A DNA stretch of 64,000 nucleotides from an uncultured Verrucomicrobiae bacterium (GCA_963762565.1 CAVXLD010000001.1:384001-448000); one strand, 5' to 3'; shown: positions 9,352-19,621, numbered from the stretch's first letter. The notes: generated from the letters alone by a model not told the origin. Numbers and translations are program-made.

Positions 9352-11280
9352 TCAGTTCGGGTAGTTGGGCTGAGAGGACGGTCGCGGATTAAAGTCAGTC
9401 GGGATATTGTTAGGTTTCCCGGCATCGGTAGGTGTAATGTGCAATTGAGTCTTAAGCGGGTTAGTTCCCCATTGCGGCAGTTTTGTTATATCATCATCTG
9501 GAATCAAAACGTAGCTTCGCGGAAGGACATCGCGCCCCTGCAAGCGGCTGATACTAAAAGCCGAAGTCAGGTCGCCGACTGGACTATTCGGGTCGTCTTC
9601 TGGACCGAGGTTATCCTGGTTGTAGATCTCTTTTCCTTGGGCCAGCGCTTTTTGTTCGTCCGGCAGGTCCGCGAGTGCGGGTAAACTGAAGATCAGATTG
9701 ATGAATTTGATAATCGAATTGGTATCGCCGACTTCGTGAGAAACAATGTGGGTTTGGGCGTACGGCGAAATCACGAGCAACGGGACGCGTGGACCGCGAC
9801 TGAGCTCCATACCGTTGGGATCGTAGGCAATAATCCCGGGTGGAACATGATCGTAAGTACCCTCGGAGTCATCCCAACTGATAATGATCGCGCATTGATT
9901 CCAGTACTGACTATTTGCGATGGCATTGACCACTTTCGCCACAAGCGCATCACTGATTTGTGAGTCGGCATAGCCTTCGTGGTCATCGTCGCCGACGAAG
10001 TTTTTTAGCACGGTGGCATTATTGGCGGCATTCAGCGGAACGAGTTTATACTGGTTCTGAAGACCTCCCTTGATGTAGAAGACACCCCCCGGACCGAGAT
10101 TTGAGTTACCGAGGTCGGTGAAGAACTGAGAGTAGGTGTGCAGGTTGCGATTGATCTGCGGGTTAGCAGCAACATAGCCGAAAAATTGAGGGGCGTTATG
10201 GTGCGCGATGTAGGCCTTTTGACCCCCGGCATCCGGCATGCCGCTGTTGAACCCCTCCTCATACCAGCCCCAATTGACAGAGGCCTGACCCAGTCCAGTG
10301 AGGAAGCTAATGTCGTCCTGAATGTCAGCCTGATTGGCCGTTTTATTAAGATCAAACTGCCTAAGGTTTTGAATAGCGCTGCCCGTCAGGGTCAAAGGCA
10401 AGGCAGCGAACGTCAGATTCAGCTGAGGATGGGTGCTACCCGTATCCGGCACACCCTCTTTATCATTCAATGGATCTTTTTTTGAACCCCAAAGCGGATC
10501 TTCATCTATCTCCACTGGGACGCCAATTCCCAACGCCGCGTTCGCGGGAACATTTATGGCAGCGGTGGTTGGATGCTTAACCCATTGAGTTGCGCCGGAC
10601 TGGCCGGCAATGACAGAAATATTATCCGGACTCGATGGGCCTACTATGGTTTGAAAGTGATTGTCGAAAAGCGCAAACCTGCTGGCGTAGTACCAAAGGA
10701 AGGGAATGGTATCGCCGTCAATGTAAGCCATGGTGAGCTCACCGAACTGTTTTGCGGTCTCGGTTGGAACCGCGCCCGTGTAGTGGAGGCTTTCTTCCAC
10801 CAAGGCAAATAGATTCATTGATGGTTTGCCGTTGAAGACGTTCATCTTCTGCACCAGGGACTGGTGAGAATGGCCCATGTCATCCAAATCCCAGGCATCC
10901 TCGGCTTGACCCACTCGGAAAGGCTGAATCTTGATGAACTTCCCATCCGTATCGATAAGACTCTGAGTAAACCCAGGGGTCTCGGACTCGCTCTGCGAGA
11001 ACAGGCCATGGGCCCCAGGGAATGTGCCAAACATTTGATCAAAAGCCCGGTTCTCTTGGAAAATCACGAAGACATACTTCACCTTCTCCCGTAGGAGCTT
11101 GACGATGTCCGGAACTTTAGAGGCAGCGTCTATCTTGGGATCAGTGACGTGGGGCGCGATCTCTGAATCCGGATTTGGCTGGTTTTCAACCAATGGTTCC
11201 TCCCTCGCTAAGGTCAACGCCGGCGTAAAACCAATTCCGAGCGTTATCGAAAAGCAGACAGTGTGGGTTAAGCGGCGCAT
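9352..11280 (-). CDS. Secreted phosphoesterase (AcpA acid phosphatase / phospholipase C family)
   Basis: Signal peptide; VKYVFVIFQENRAFD, GPS, AHH, WDDSEG..DHV and GPRVPLLVISPYA motifs. Confidence 0.9.
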   Translation of the reverse strand: MRRLTHTVCFSITLGIGFTPALTLAREEPLVENQPNPDSEIAPHVTDPKIDAASKVPDIVKLLREKVKYVFVIFQENRAFDQMFGTFPGAHGLFSQSESETPGFTQSLIDTDGKFIKIQPFRVGQAEDAWDLDDMGHSHQSLVQKMNVFNGKPSMNLFALVEESLHYTGAVPTETAKQFGELTMAYIDGDTIPFLWYYASRFALFDNHFQTIVGPSSPDNISVIAGQSGATQWVKHPTTAAINVPANAALGIGVPVEIDEDPLWGSKKDPLNDKEGVPDTGSTHPQLNLTFAALPLTLTGSAIQNLRQFDLNKTANQADIQDDISFLTGLGQASVNWGWYEEGFNSGMPDAGGQKAYIAHHNAPQFFGYVAANPQINRNLHTYSQFFTDLGNSNLGPGGVFYIKGGLQNQYKLVPLNAANNATVLKNFVGDDDHEGYADSQISDALVAKVVNAIANSQYWNQCAIIISWDDSEGTYDHVPPGIIAYDPNGMELSRGPRVPLLVISPYAQTHIVSHEVGDTNSIIKFINLIFSLPALADLPDEQKALAQGKEIYNQDNLGPEDDPNSPVGDLTSAFSISRLQGRDVLPRSYVLIPDDDITKLPQWGTNPLKTQLHITPTDAGKPNNIPTDFNPRPSSQPNYPN

Positions 11281-11398
11281 TTGAAAAGTGCTATGGCAAC
11301 TCCGGAAGATTACTCCCCTTGCTTGCGACCTGAAAGCCGAGACGCAGGCTAGTTGATCCGTTGACTAGCCGTTCCCGGACCGAGACCAGTGAGACGCA

Positions 11399-11834
11399 CT
11401 AATGTCCTGTCCCATAAATAACGTGGCTTTCGTCCGGCAGGTTCCCATGCGCGTTAACATAAGGGCGCAGGTGTTGGCCGGCCCCTGACCGGGAGGGCGC
11501 GCGTCCTCGCGCGCTGCGAAGACGTGCCGAGCTTACAGTCGTATTCCGATCACTCGATCGACAAACACGCTCGGCTTCAGGAACGACGGATCGCGGGGAC
11601 GCGATCCCTCCCAGCGCCGGGTCCGGCACGTGCCTCGCAGCTGCCGGACCCATCCCGGGGAGGGATCGCGTCCCCGCGATCCGTTGTTCTCGAAGCCCAC
11701 GACAGACCCGATCCAGCGTTAGGCTATATCCACAATTATCGACCTGTTCCCGGCGCGCGGGGACGCGCGCCCTCCCCTCGTCAGGTGCCCATCACACAAT
11801 TTCCTTATGTTGACGCCTATGGGCAGCTGCCGGA
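11399..11834. mobile_element. Composite fold-back element: one IS630-type MITE end plus an inverted dimer of GGAG-REP units
   Basis: TIR copy at 11399-11432. 11433-11464 pairs with 11803-11834. Inside are two ~130-bp units (GGGAGGGCGCGCGTCC..GATCGCGGGGACGCGATCCCTCCC) in opposite orientation. Confidence 0.7.
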
Positions 11835-12008
11835 ATAGGCTATAATCTATCAACACCGAAATGCGTTGGGGGTAGACGCTTCGCGCCTTTAAGATAATCG
11901 GGCCGATAGACAATTTGCGGGGAGCGATATATCTCTTCTCGGAGAAAACCCACTTGGTTTTCCTGGTTGAAGCCGTTGGCTTCGGGAGAATCAACAGAAA
12001 GCCCCCCA

Positions 12009-13007
12009 ATGAAGAACATCTGGATCGCTATCGTCGCACTAGTGTTTTTTGTGGTGTGCCCGCCCGCGCATGCTGCCGCTAGCGGCACACACAAAAAGCC
12101 CTACAACATCGCATTGATCATCAAGGCAACCGATTCTGACTTCTGGCAGTACGTCCTTATCGGCGGCGCCAACTATGGCCTGGACCATCCGGACCAGGTG
12201 AAAGTCAGCCGGTACGGTCCGAAGTCCGAGGCGGATATCGATAAGCAGGTGGCCATCGTCGAGGACGTCATCTCCAGAAAGCCCGACGCGATCGTCATCG
12301 CATCCACCAGCTCGGACGCGACAGTGCCCGCTCTCGAGAATGCGATCGACCAAGGGATAGCCGTGGTCACGATCGATAACAAGGTTCATTCAGACAAGAT
12401 CCCAGCCTTCCTGGCAACGAACAACAAAGTGGGTGGCGGCCTCTGCGCCGACCAGATGGTTGCCGCGCTGAAGGCCAAAGGAGTCCCGCTTAAGGGCACA
12501 GTCGGCCTTATCAGCGCCATGGCAGGCATCCAGGTTCTCGGAGACCGGGACCAGGGATTCAAGGACCGGATGAAAGAGATCGCACCCGATATCAACGTGC
12601 TGCCGACGCGGTTCACGGACAACGATATCGCGAAGTCGCTCGCGGCCGCCGAAGACATCGGGACATCCCAGGGAGATAAGCTGATCGGCGTGTTTGCCGA
12701 CAATAATCATACGGGAGACGGCGTTGCCCGGATGATTACCGAGCGCAATTTGGGGGACAAAATTGTGGCGGTGGCCTACGACTCTGACCCGGAAGAAGTC
12801 AGCGCGCTGAAAAGCGGTGCACTGAAGGCACTCATCCTCCAAGACCCATACGGCATGGGCTACAAGGGCTGTGCGACCGCCGTAACACTCCTGGATGGGG
12901 GGACGGTTCCCAAATACACTGACACCGGCGCAGTTGCGGTGACCCAGGCGAACATGAACGACAAAAACATCCTGGATCTTCTGGACCCGACCCGTCTGAA
13001 GAGGTGA
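12009..13007 (+). CDS. Sugar ABC transporter substrate-binding protein (RbsB-like)
   Basis: Signal peptide; periplasmic-binding-protein type 1 motifs (KATDSDFW, VVTID, QDPYGMGY). Confidence 0.9.
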   Translation: MKNIWIAIVALVFFVVCPPAHAAASGTHKKPYNIALIIKATDSDFWQYVLIGGANYGLDHPDQVKVSRYGPKSEADIDKQVAIVEDVISRKPDAIVIASTSSDATVPALENAIDQGIAVVTIDNKVHSDKIPAFLATNNKVGGGLCADQMVAALKAKGVPLKGTVGLISAMAGIQVLGDRDQGFKDRMKEIAPDINVLPTRFTDNDIAKSLAAAEDIGTSQGDKLIGVFADNNHTGDGVARMITERNLGDKIVAVAYDSDPEEVSALKSGALKALILQDPYGMGYKGCATAVTLLDGGTVPKYTDTGAVAVTQANMNDKNILDLLDPTRLKR

Positions 13008-13030
13008 CCGGATTTTAGCGGGAGAAACCA

Positions 13031-13089
13031 GCGCCCAATCGACCTACCGCGTGGACGCGGAGAAGTAGTTGGGCGCGCTCTTCTTTTTC
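13031..13089 (+). other. Intercistronic stem-loop after the binding-protein gene
   Basis: GCGCCCAA...TTGGGCGC stem with an inner CGCG hairpin and a T-rich tail. This position is typical of an mRNA-stabilising or partial-termination hairpin. Confidence 0.5.
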
Positions 13090-13106
13090 TACCCGGAATC
13101 CAGAGC

Positions 13107-14624
13107 ATGGCAGAACCAACCGTCGTCTCTATGACGGGGATTCGTAAAAGCTTCCCCGGGGTCCAGGCGCTGAAGGGCGTCAGCTTTGACGTCAAGGCAG
13201 GCGAAGTTCATGCGCTGGTCGGCGAGAACGGTGCGGGCAAATCCACCCTGATCAAGATACTGATGGGGGCATACTCGAAAGACGCCGGAACCATCACCAT
13301 TGAGGGCAAAGAGACTGAGATCCATACCCCCTTGCAGGCCAAATCGCACGGGATGGCGGCCGTCTACCAGGATGTTATGCTGGCTCGCCACTTATCTGTG
13401 GGCGAGAACTTCTTCTTAGGGAAGCTTCCTCGTACCCGAGTCGGATTAGTTGACTGGAAGGCCATCCATCAGGTGACCCGCGAGACTCTAAAGGACCTTG
13501 ACCTTTCTATCGACCCTCGGATGCGCGTGCGCAACCTCCCCCCGGCACAGCAGGAGATGGTAACCATCGCCAAAGCTGTCTACGAGAAAAGTAAGGTCAT
13601 CGTTTTCGATGAGCCGACCGCTCTCTTGACCAATGAACAAGTGACTGCGCTTTTCGGGCTGATCAGGAAGCTGAAGAATAAGAACGTCGGTATCATTTAC
13701 ATCTCCCACCGCATGGAGGAGATCTTCGCGATCTGCGATCGCGTAACCATCCTGAAGGACGGCGAATGGGTGGACACCCTGCAAGTTTCGGAGACCGATC
13801 AGGACACCATCATCACCAAGATGGTGGGTCGCAGCATCGGGGAGATGTACTCAATCAATCACCCCGATCGGGGAGAGAAAGTCCTGGAAGTGCGAGGCCT
13901 TACGCGCGAGCCACGCTTTCGAAATGTGGACTTCGATCTCTACCAGGGTGAGATCCTCGGGTTCTTTGGACTGGTTGGCTCAGGGCGGACTGATATCCTT
14001 CGCTGCATCTTCGGCGCAGACCGCGCCGAGAGCGGAGAGATAAAAATCCGGGGACGCCGGACGGCAATGACTTCCCCGCAGCGGGGCATCCGCGCGGGCA
14101 TCGGTTTGCTTCCTGAGAATCGACAGACGTCGGGTTTGGGCATGTCCTTAGCAGTGGACATCAATGTCAACTTAGCGTCTTACGACCTGATCTCCCGAGC
14201 GGGGTTCGTCAGCCTCAGGGAGGAGGCATCCCGCGCCAAGCGCTTTGTTTCCGACCTCAATATCCGCACCCCGTCTATCAAGCAGAGGGTGCGTAACTTG
14301 AGCGGAGGAAACCAGCAGAAGGTGGTGGTGGCAAAATGGCTGTCCCGCAATAGCGATATTCTCGTCTTCGACGAGCCAACCGTCGGAGTCGATGTCGGTG
14401 CGAAGATTGAGATCTACAAACTCATCCAAAGGCTCCTGGCCAACGGCAAGGCTGTTATCCTGGTTTCATCGTACTTGCCCGAGGTCATGGGCCTTGCCGA
14501 CAGGATTGTGGTTGTGTACGAAGGCAACGTGACGGGAACCCTCTTGCGAAGCGACTTCGAAGAGGAAAAGATCTTGCGCCTGGCCTCGGGTATTGTAAAC
14601 CGCGCCAACGGAGGAAAACGATGA
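13107..14624 (+). CDS. Sugar ABC transporter ATP-binding protein (RbsA-like, tandem domains)
   Basis: GENGAGKST, DEPT, LSGGNQQK. Confidence 0.95.
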   Translation: MAEPTVVSMTGIRKSFPGVQALKGVSFDVKAGEVHALVGENGAGKSTLIKILMGAYSKDAGTITIEGKETEIHTPLQAKSHGMAAVYQDVMLARHLSVGENFFLGKLPRTRVGLVDWKAIHQVTRETLKDLDLSIDPRMRVRNLPPAQQEMVTIAKAVYEKSKVIVFDEPTALLTNEQVTALFGLIRKLKNKNVGIIYISHRMEEIFAICDRVTILKDGEWVDTLQVSETDQDTIITKMVGRSIGEMYSINHPDRGEKVLEVRGLTREPRFRNVDFDLYQGEILGFFGLVGSGRTDILRCIFGADRAESGEIKIRGRRTAMTSPQRGIRAGIGLLPENRQTSGLGMSLAVDINVNLASYDLISRAGFVSLREEASRAKRFVSDLNIRTPSIKQRVRNLSGGNQQKVVVAKWLSRNSDILVFDEPTVGVDVGAKIEIYKLIQRLLANGKAVILVSSYLPEVMGLADRIVVVYEGNVTGTLLRSDFEEEKILRLASGIVNRANGGKR

Positions 14625-15622
14625 GCACTGTCCCCACGGTTTCGGACCGATCGAACCCTTGGGCTCGGTTCCTTTCAAGGGTCGTGAAGTTTCTCCGTAC
14701 GGGTTTTTCGGAAGGAATCCTGATCCTGATCCTGCTTGCGTTCTTCATCATTTTCTCGCTCACCTCTCCGAGCTTTCTGACGATTAACAACCTGTGGAAC
14801 CTGGTGCGCCAAGTCGCCATCATCGGCGTGGTGTCCATCGGGATGACAATTGTGATCATCTCAGCCGGCATCGACCTGTCCGTCGGCTCCATCGTTGGGT
14901 TCAGTAACATCGTGGTTGCTGTGTTGATGACCCACGGCGTGCCCATTATCCCCTCGATATTGATCACCTTCGCAGCGAGTGCGGCCCTCGGGATTCTCAA
15001 CGGGGTGCTCATCCACGATGGGAGGGTACCGCCCTTTATTGCCACGCTGGGCATGATGACAGCAGTGCGAGGACTCCTGATGCTCATCTCCGGAGCGCAG
15101 ATGATCGCCGGCCTGCCCAAGGATTTCTTGCGGCTTGCCCAGATAAACATTCTTTGGATGCCCTCGCTGTTTTTCGTCTGGCTCGTCGTGATTGCACTGT
15201 CGGTCGTGATGACGACGGTGACCCGTTTTGGGAGAAATGTGTTCGCGCTGGGTAGCAACCCGGAAGCCGCTCGATTGAGCGGGATTAATATCCGGGCGAC
15301 CCTTTACGGAGTGTATGCGTTCTCCGCGCTGACCTCTGCGATAGCCGGAATCCTCTATACCTCGCGGTTGGCCAACGGGATCCCGACGGCGGGCGAGGGC
15401 TACGAATTAGATGCAATCGCAGCGGCGGTGGTCGGCGGAGCCAGCCTCATGGGAGGGGAAGGGACTATCCTCGGGACTGTGTTGGGCGCACTGATCATCG
15501 CAACCCTCAGAAACGGCGGAGATCTCTTAGGAATCGATCCCTTCATTTTACAGATCGCGATCGGAGTGCTGATTGTGGCAGCCGTCCTGATCGACCAGCT
15601 CATCAAGCGCAGGAACGCCTGA
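14621..15622 (+). CDS. Sugar ABC transporter permease (RbsC-like)
   Basis: GIDLSVG, PPFIATLG, EAARLSGI, YELDAIAAAVVGG; ATGA overlap with the ATPase gene. Confidence 0.95.
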   Translation: MSTVPTVSDRSNPWARFLSRVVKFLRTGFSEGILILILLAFFIIFSLTSPSFLTINNLWNLVRQVAIIGVVSIGMTIVIISAGIDLSVGSIVGFSNIVVAVLMTHGVPIIPSILITFAASAALGILNGVLIHDGRVPPFIATLGMMTAVRGLLMLISGAQMIAGLPKDFLRLAQINILWMPSLFFVWLVVIALSVVMTTVTRFGRNVFALGSNPEAARLSGINIRATLYGVYAFSALTSAIAGILYTSRLANGIPTAGEGYELDAIAAAVVGGASLMGGEGTILGTVLGALIIATLRNGGDLLGIDPFILQIAIGVLIVAAVLIDQLIKRRNA

Positions 15623-15625
15623 CTC

Positions 15626-15900
15626 GTGGAGCGCTGCTTGCAAGGCCGAAGCGGTCGGCACTGTGGAGCGCGCCTTGCTTGCAAGGCCGAAGCGGTCGGC
15701 ACCGTGGAGCGCGCCTTGCTTGCAAGGCCGAAGCGGTCGGCACCGTGGAGCGCGCCCTGCTTGCAAGGCCGAAGCGGTCGGCACCGTGGAGCGCGCCCTG
15801 TTTGCAAGGCCGAAGCGGTCGGCACCGTGGAGCGCGCCTTGCTTGCAAGGCCGAAGCGGTCGGCACCGTGGAGCGCGCCCTGCTTGCAAGGCCGAAGCGG
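15626..15900. repeat. Tandem array of seven 41-bp palindromic units
   Basis: Unit GTGGAGCGCGCCTTGCTTGCAAGGCCGAAGCGGTCGGCACC starting at 15626 (37 bp), 15663, 15704, 15745, 15786, 15827 and 15868 (partial). No unique spacers. Confidence 0.95.
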
Positions 15901-15948
15901 CTTCGCGGAGGCGGAAAGCACAAAAAGCGCAAGAAAATCTGCGGAAAA

Positions 15949-16743
15949 CTACAGAATCGAGCGAACCACACCTCCGTCAACTCGAATGGCTGCCCCATTC
16001 GTGCCGCTTGATACCGGACTGGAATAGTAGACGACGAGAGTTGCTATTTCTTCTGGGGTGGCAAAGCGCTGGAGCAACGACCCTGGCCGTTCATGCTTAA
16101 AGAAGTTAGCCTCGATTTCCTCCACGCTCACTTTCGCTTTCTTAGCCAGATTAACTAAGAACTTTTTTACACCTTCAGTGGAAGTTGGCCCTGCCACGAT
16201 GGAGTTGACGGTTACAGCGGTACCAGCTGTGGTTTCAGCTAAACCTCGAGCTAGCGAGATCTGCATGGTTTTGGTGACGCCATAGTGAATCATATTACTT
16301 GGGATATTGACGCCGGATTCGCTGGAGATGAAAACGATCCGGCCCCATTTCTGTTTTCGCATGAGCGGCAAATAGAATCGGCTGAGGCGCACTCCGCTCA
16401 AAAAATTAACTTCGATCAACTTAAGCCAATCCTGATCTGAGATTTTCTCGAAGGGTTTAAGCTCACCGATACCGACATTATTAATCAAGATGTCTAGCTT
16501 AGGAAATTGCTTGGTCACGGCTGCCACCGATTCGCTGTCACTGACATCGGCTACCAGCGGTTCAAGTTTAGCCTCTGGGAGCTGATCTCGAATCTGGTTG
16601 CTGGCGCCATTTACGCGTTTCTTGGTGCGGCCATTAACAATGACGGTCGCGCCTTCCCGGGCCAGACCTGTGGCAATTGCCAACCCAATTCCTGCTGTCG
16701 AGCCGGTTACCAATGCCAATTTCCCAGTCAAATCCAGATTCAT
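15949..16743 (-). CDS. SDR family oxidoreductase
   Basis: TGSTAGIG, NNVG, YGVTK, VDGG. Start placed at MNLDLTGK. Confidence 0.9.
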   Translation of the reverse strand: MNLDLTGKLALVTGSTAGIGLAIATGLAREGATVIVNGRTKKRVNGASNQIRDQLPEAKLEPLVADVSDSESVAAVTKQFPKLDILINNVGIGELKPFEKISDQDWLKLIEVNFLSGVRLSRFYLPLMRKQKWGRIVFISSESGVNIPSNMIHYGVTKTMQISLARGLAETTAGTAVTVNSIVAGPTSTEGVKKFLVNLAKKAKVSVEEIEANFFKHERPGSLLQRFATPEEIATLVVYYSSPVSSGTNGAAIRVDGGVVRSIL

Positions 16744-16934
16744 AGCGTGTGAGTAGAAAGAAATTCTAAGTTGTTGCCCTGCTTTTGGGCCAGCGTCCAC
16801 CGGAAGTATTGGAATGGCAAGCTGGTCGAGTGTTGGCCGGCAACCAAATCGTTTCCCTTGTGGGGCCGGTATATAATATACTGAACCGTGCGTTCAGACG
16901 GCGTATCCGTCCGACTTTAGAAAGGAAGGCAAAA

Positions 16935-17207
16935 ATGGCGACTCTTAAAGTTCTCTTTGCTGCTTATGGTGCGCTAGCTGGGGGCAACAAGAACGAAGCC
17001 CAAGCTTATAATGTGACATTTCAGTTGCAGGATCTCATAGATAATCAGGGTGGTATCGTCCAAATTAGTAATTCAAGCTTTGGCGATCCCTGTTTCGGCA
17101 ATGTTAAACACTTTGGGGCCTGTGTGATTCGGGATGGCAATGAGTGGTTCTTTGCTTGCCAAGAAAATCAGACAATTGATTTTAATACCGGCGGAGGCTA
17201 CGCGTAG
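16935..17207 (+). CDS. Small SUEL/DUF3395-like lectin-fold protein
   Basis: RBS AGGAAGG before ATG 16935; motifs AAYG..NVT..NSSFGDPCFGNVKHF. Confidence 0.55.
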   Translation: MATLKVLFAAYGALAGGNKNEAQAYNVTFQLQDLIDNQGGIVQISNSSFGDPCFGNVKHFGACVIRDGNEWFFACQENQTIDFNTGGGYA

Positions 17208-17242
17208 CTTCGCCTATTACTGGTAGTTGAACCGCCGAACTC

Positions 17243-18244
17243 TTACTGAATACTAACCGGCGTCCCGACGGTCACCAGTGTTCTGATCAAAGCCGCATCC
17301 CAATTAGCTAACCTAATACATCCGTGACTCCCGGCGCGTCCGATGGTCGCGGCATTAGGCGCGCCATGGATGCCATCACCGGGCCGATCCAGTTGCATCC
17401 AGAGAAGGCCGACCGGATTACGCGGGCCGGGAGGAAAATTATAGAAATCTTCGGTCCGCTCTCCGCGTTCCAACACCCCTTCGTCGTATCGGAACCAGGG
17501 AAACGTCGCGATCTCATCGATATGCCAATCGCCGATCGGCGCGGGATGATCGGTCGAACCGGGAGTGATAGGAAAAGAAGCAATCGTCCGATCCTTATCC
17601 AGCACCTGCAGGATTCGGGTTGAGACAGTGATTTTGATCGATCGGTCTGCCAAAGACGGATCTCTCTTCGTCGTATGCATTTTGGGCAAACTCCCGATAT
17701 CGAACGGATCAGCGACATTAGGAACGGTCAAAGCCTGGCCCGCCTGGAGCTGGTTGATATCAATCGTTGGATTAATCGCTGCCAGGAATCGCGCGGTTGT
17801 ATGAAACCGCTCGGCAATCACGTCGCCCAGATTCGTGTATGGACATGATTTCTGTTTCGCGACCTCGGCGTGATCGGTCGCCATCACGCCGACCTGCCCG
17901 AGATCTTCGGACGTTACCGTGTAAGTCGTGTAGGGCTGAATCCCGCTGACATCGGGCGGCGCATCGGCCGGTTGACCATGATTCGCATTATAAAGCGCTA
18001 GCGCTTTTTCAAAAAACTCGCCCAAGCGCCCGTCGACCATCCCTGGCCTGAAGTGATTGGCATCCAGAAAAATTTGCATCTGCACCGCGTGCGCTCGCGC
18101 TGCCGCCACTGTCGGCTGAGCGGGCTGAGCCGGCTGGGTTGGAGCTGTTGGAGGCGCCACTTTTGTGGGTGGAACAACATGAGCACAACCACCCAGCGTT
18201 AGCGCCACTCCGGCAATCGCGATTTTCCTATAAACCTTGAACAT
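17243..18244 (-). CDS. L,D-transpeptidase (YkuD family) lipoprotein
   Basis: Lipobox LGGC; GIHG...SHGCIRL catalytic motif. Confidence 0.9.
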   Translation of the reverse strand: MFKVYRKIAIAGVALTLGGCAHVVPPTKVAPPTAPTQPAQPAQPTVAAARAHAVQMQIFLDANHFRPGMVDGRLGEFFEKALALYNANHGQPADAPPDVSGIQPYTTYTVTSEDLGQVGVMATDHAEVAKQKSCPYTNLGDVIAERFHTTARFLAAINPTIDINQLQAGQALTVPNVADPFDIGSLPKMHTTKRDPSLADRSIKITVSTRILQVLDKDRTIASFPITPGSTDHPAPIGDWHIDEIATFPWFRYDEGVLERGERTEDFYNFPPGPRNPVGLLWMQLDRPGDGIHGAPNAATIGRAGSHGCIRLANWDAALIRTLVTVGTPVSIQ

Positions 18245-18350
18245 CGCGCCACCTTTTGCTGGAGCAGGTGTCTTTCGTCAAGGCGATAGACCGTAACCCA
18301 GGAGTCGGTAGACAGGAGACGGCATCACACGGCACTCCCAAGAGGCCACG

Positions 18351-18611
18351 CTAAAAGCCGCTTTGGCTAGCCCCACCAGGTGCGCCTCCCGAGCTGGAAA
18401 ATCCATTACGTCCTCGAGACGAACCATTCCCAGGAGATTCGCCGGGGGTGGCGTTCGCGCGTGCGGCGTATTCGGCAAAGGCTTTATTTGGATCAGTGGA
18501 TCCTGTTTTGGAAGCGCGAGGTCTGTCGTTTTCACATGCGACCAGAAAGACAGTGATGCTGAGCACCACCAACTCTGTCGCCCGCCGAGATTCTTTTCGC
18601 ACCACGAACAA
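18351..18611 (-). CDS. Putative small lipoprotein with a Gly/Ser-rich tail
   Basis: Hydrophobic segment ending LVAC; start uncertain. Confidence 0.4.
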   Translation of the reverse strand: MFVVRKESRRATELVVLSITVFLVACENDRPRASKTGSTDPNKAFAEYAARANATPGESPGNGSSRGRNGFSSSGGAPGGASQSGF

Positions 18612-18705
18612 TTCCTTGCGCGAATTGGTGATGTAAACCGCGGTTTGGACGAACGGTCGAAATACGTTACGGCCGGAGCAGCTAATCCGGCCGGCGAAAG
18701 GCTGT

Positions 18706-19395
18706 TTAAAGCGATCCCCGACCTTCCGCCAGGATCTTTGGCTTGGCAGTCTTGCCTAGCAGGCTGCCACCGTTCTTGGCGTAATAGTCAGCGACCATTG
18801 CCGTGATCTCGCGAGCGGTTCGGGCCGTATCGTCGGTCACGCCTCTTGCTCCTGCGTTCCGGATCGCATTTGGCAAAGCTCCAAATGTCCCGCCCAGAAC
18901 CGCCCCTGGTTCTGCATTACTGCCGCCCGACGTTTCAAATTGCAGCACCGGCCCTTTCGCCAGATGAGAAAGGTCATACACTCGAACGCTGGTCTCCAAT
19001 TTCGTTCCGCCGGCGCCCAATCCGACCAAGCCTCGCAAAGCTCGACTGCCTTGATTCACCCGCACGAAGTCACCGGTAATCAGCCAGGCGTCCATGCGAC
19101 GATGCCGGGGATCGCTTTGGCGAACGGCCGATACTATCGATCTGCTAAGATCTGCCACCAAATAGTCGGCTAACGTATTTGTGGTCTTCTGTTGAAAAGC
19201 GACGAGTTCATCGCCCGAACGATTCACCTTAAACACGCCTTGGCTGGCATCAAAGTCAGCCACAAAGATTTGCTCTGGGAGTTTCGGAGCAGTTGCTGCC
19301 TGGGCTGGATTACGGACTCCTACCGACGCACAGCCGGCCAGTGTCCATAGAACGGCAGTCGCAAATAAGGCTTTCTTGGTGTTTTGACGATCCAT
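18706..19395 (-). CDS. DUF4410-like lipoprotein
   Basis: Lipobox LAGC; WLITGDFVRVNQGSRALRGLVGLGAG motif. Start placed at ATG 19395. Confidence 0.75.
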   Translation of the reverse strand: MDRQNTKKALFATAVLWTLAGCASVGVRNPAQAATAPKLPEQIFVADFDASQGVFKVNRSGDELVAFQQKTTNTLADYLVADLSRSIVSAVRQSDPRHRRMDAWLITGDFVRVNQGSRALRGLVGLGAGGTKLETSVRVYDLSHLAKGPVLQFETSGGSNAEPGAVLGGTFGALPNAIRNAGARGVTDDTARTAREITAMVADYYAKNGGSLLGKTAKPKILAEGRGSL

Positions 19396-19621
19396 ACGGC
19401 GCTTACAAGAGAACGCCGCTGATGAACAAACAATTGATCTCGCCCGGACGCGGAAACCGTCGAACAAGCGTAGGAAACCGGAGTTTAACCGCGAATGGAC
19501 GCGAATGTTTGGCTTGTGGAATCGGTTGACGCCGATCGATGCCAATACATCGCCTAACGATATTTTTTTGAACACGCACGTCGGCGGCCCTGTCTAACGT
19601 TACAGAGAGAGGTGTAGCAGA

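Noticed and set aside
11810..11846. Sigma-70 promoter TTGACG...TATAAT
   Set aside because: Spacing is 25 nt, too long, and the TTGACG lies within the fold-back arm. Only the -10 is plausible.
15626..15900. CRISPR array
   Set aside because: Units are head-to-tail with no unique spacers, the core is a dispersed REP, and no cas genes are in the window.
15400..16100. Six overlapping repetitive ORFs
   Set aside because: They are translations of the 41-bp tandem repeat in several frames, not genes.
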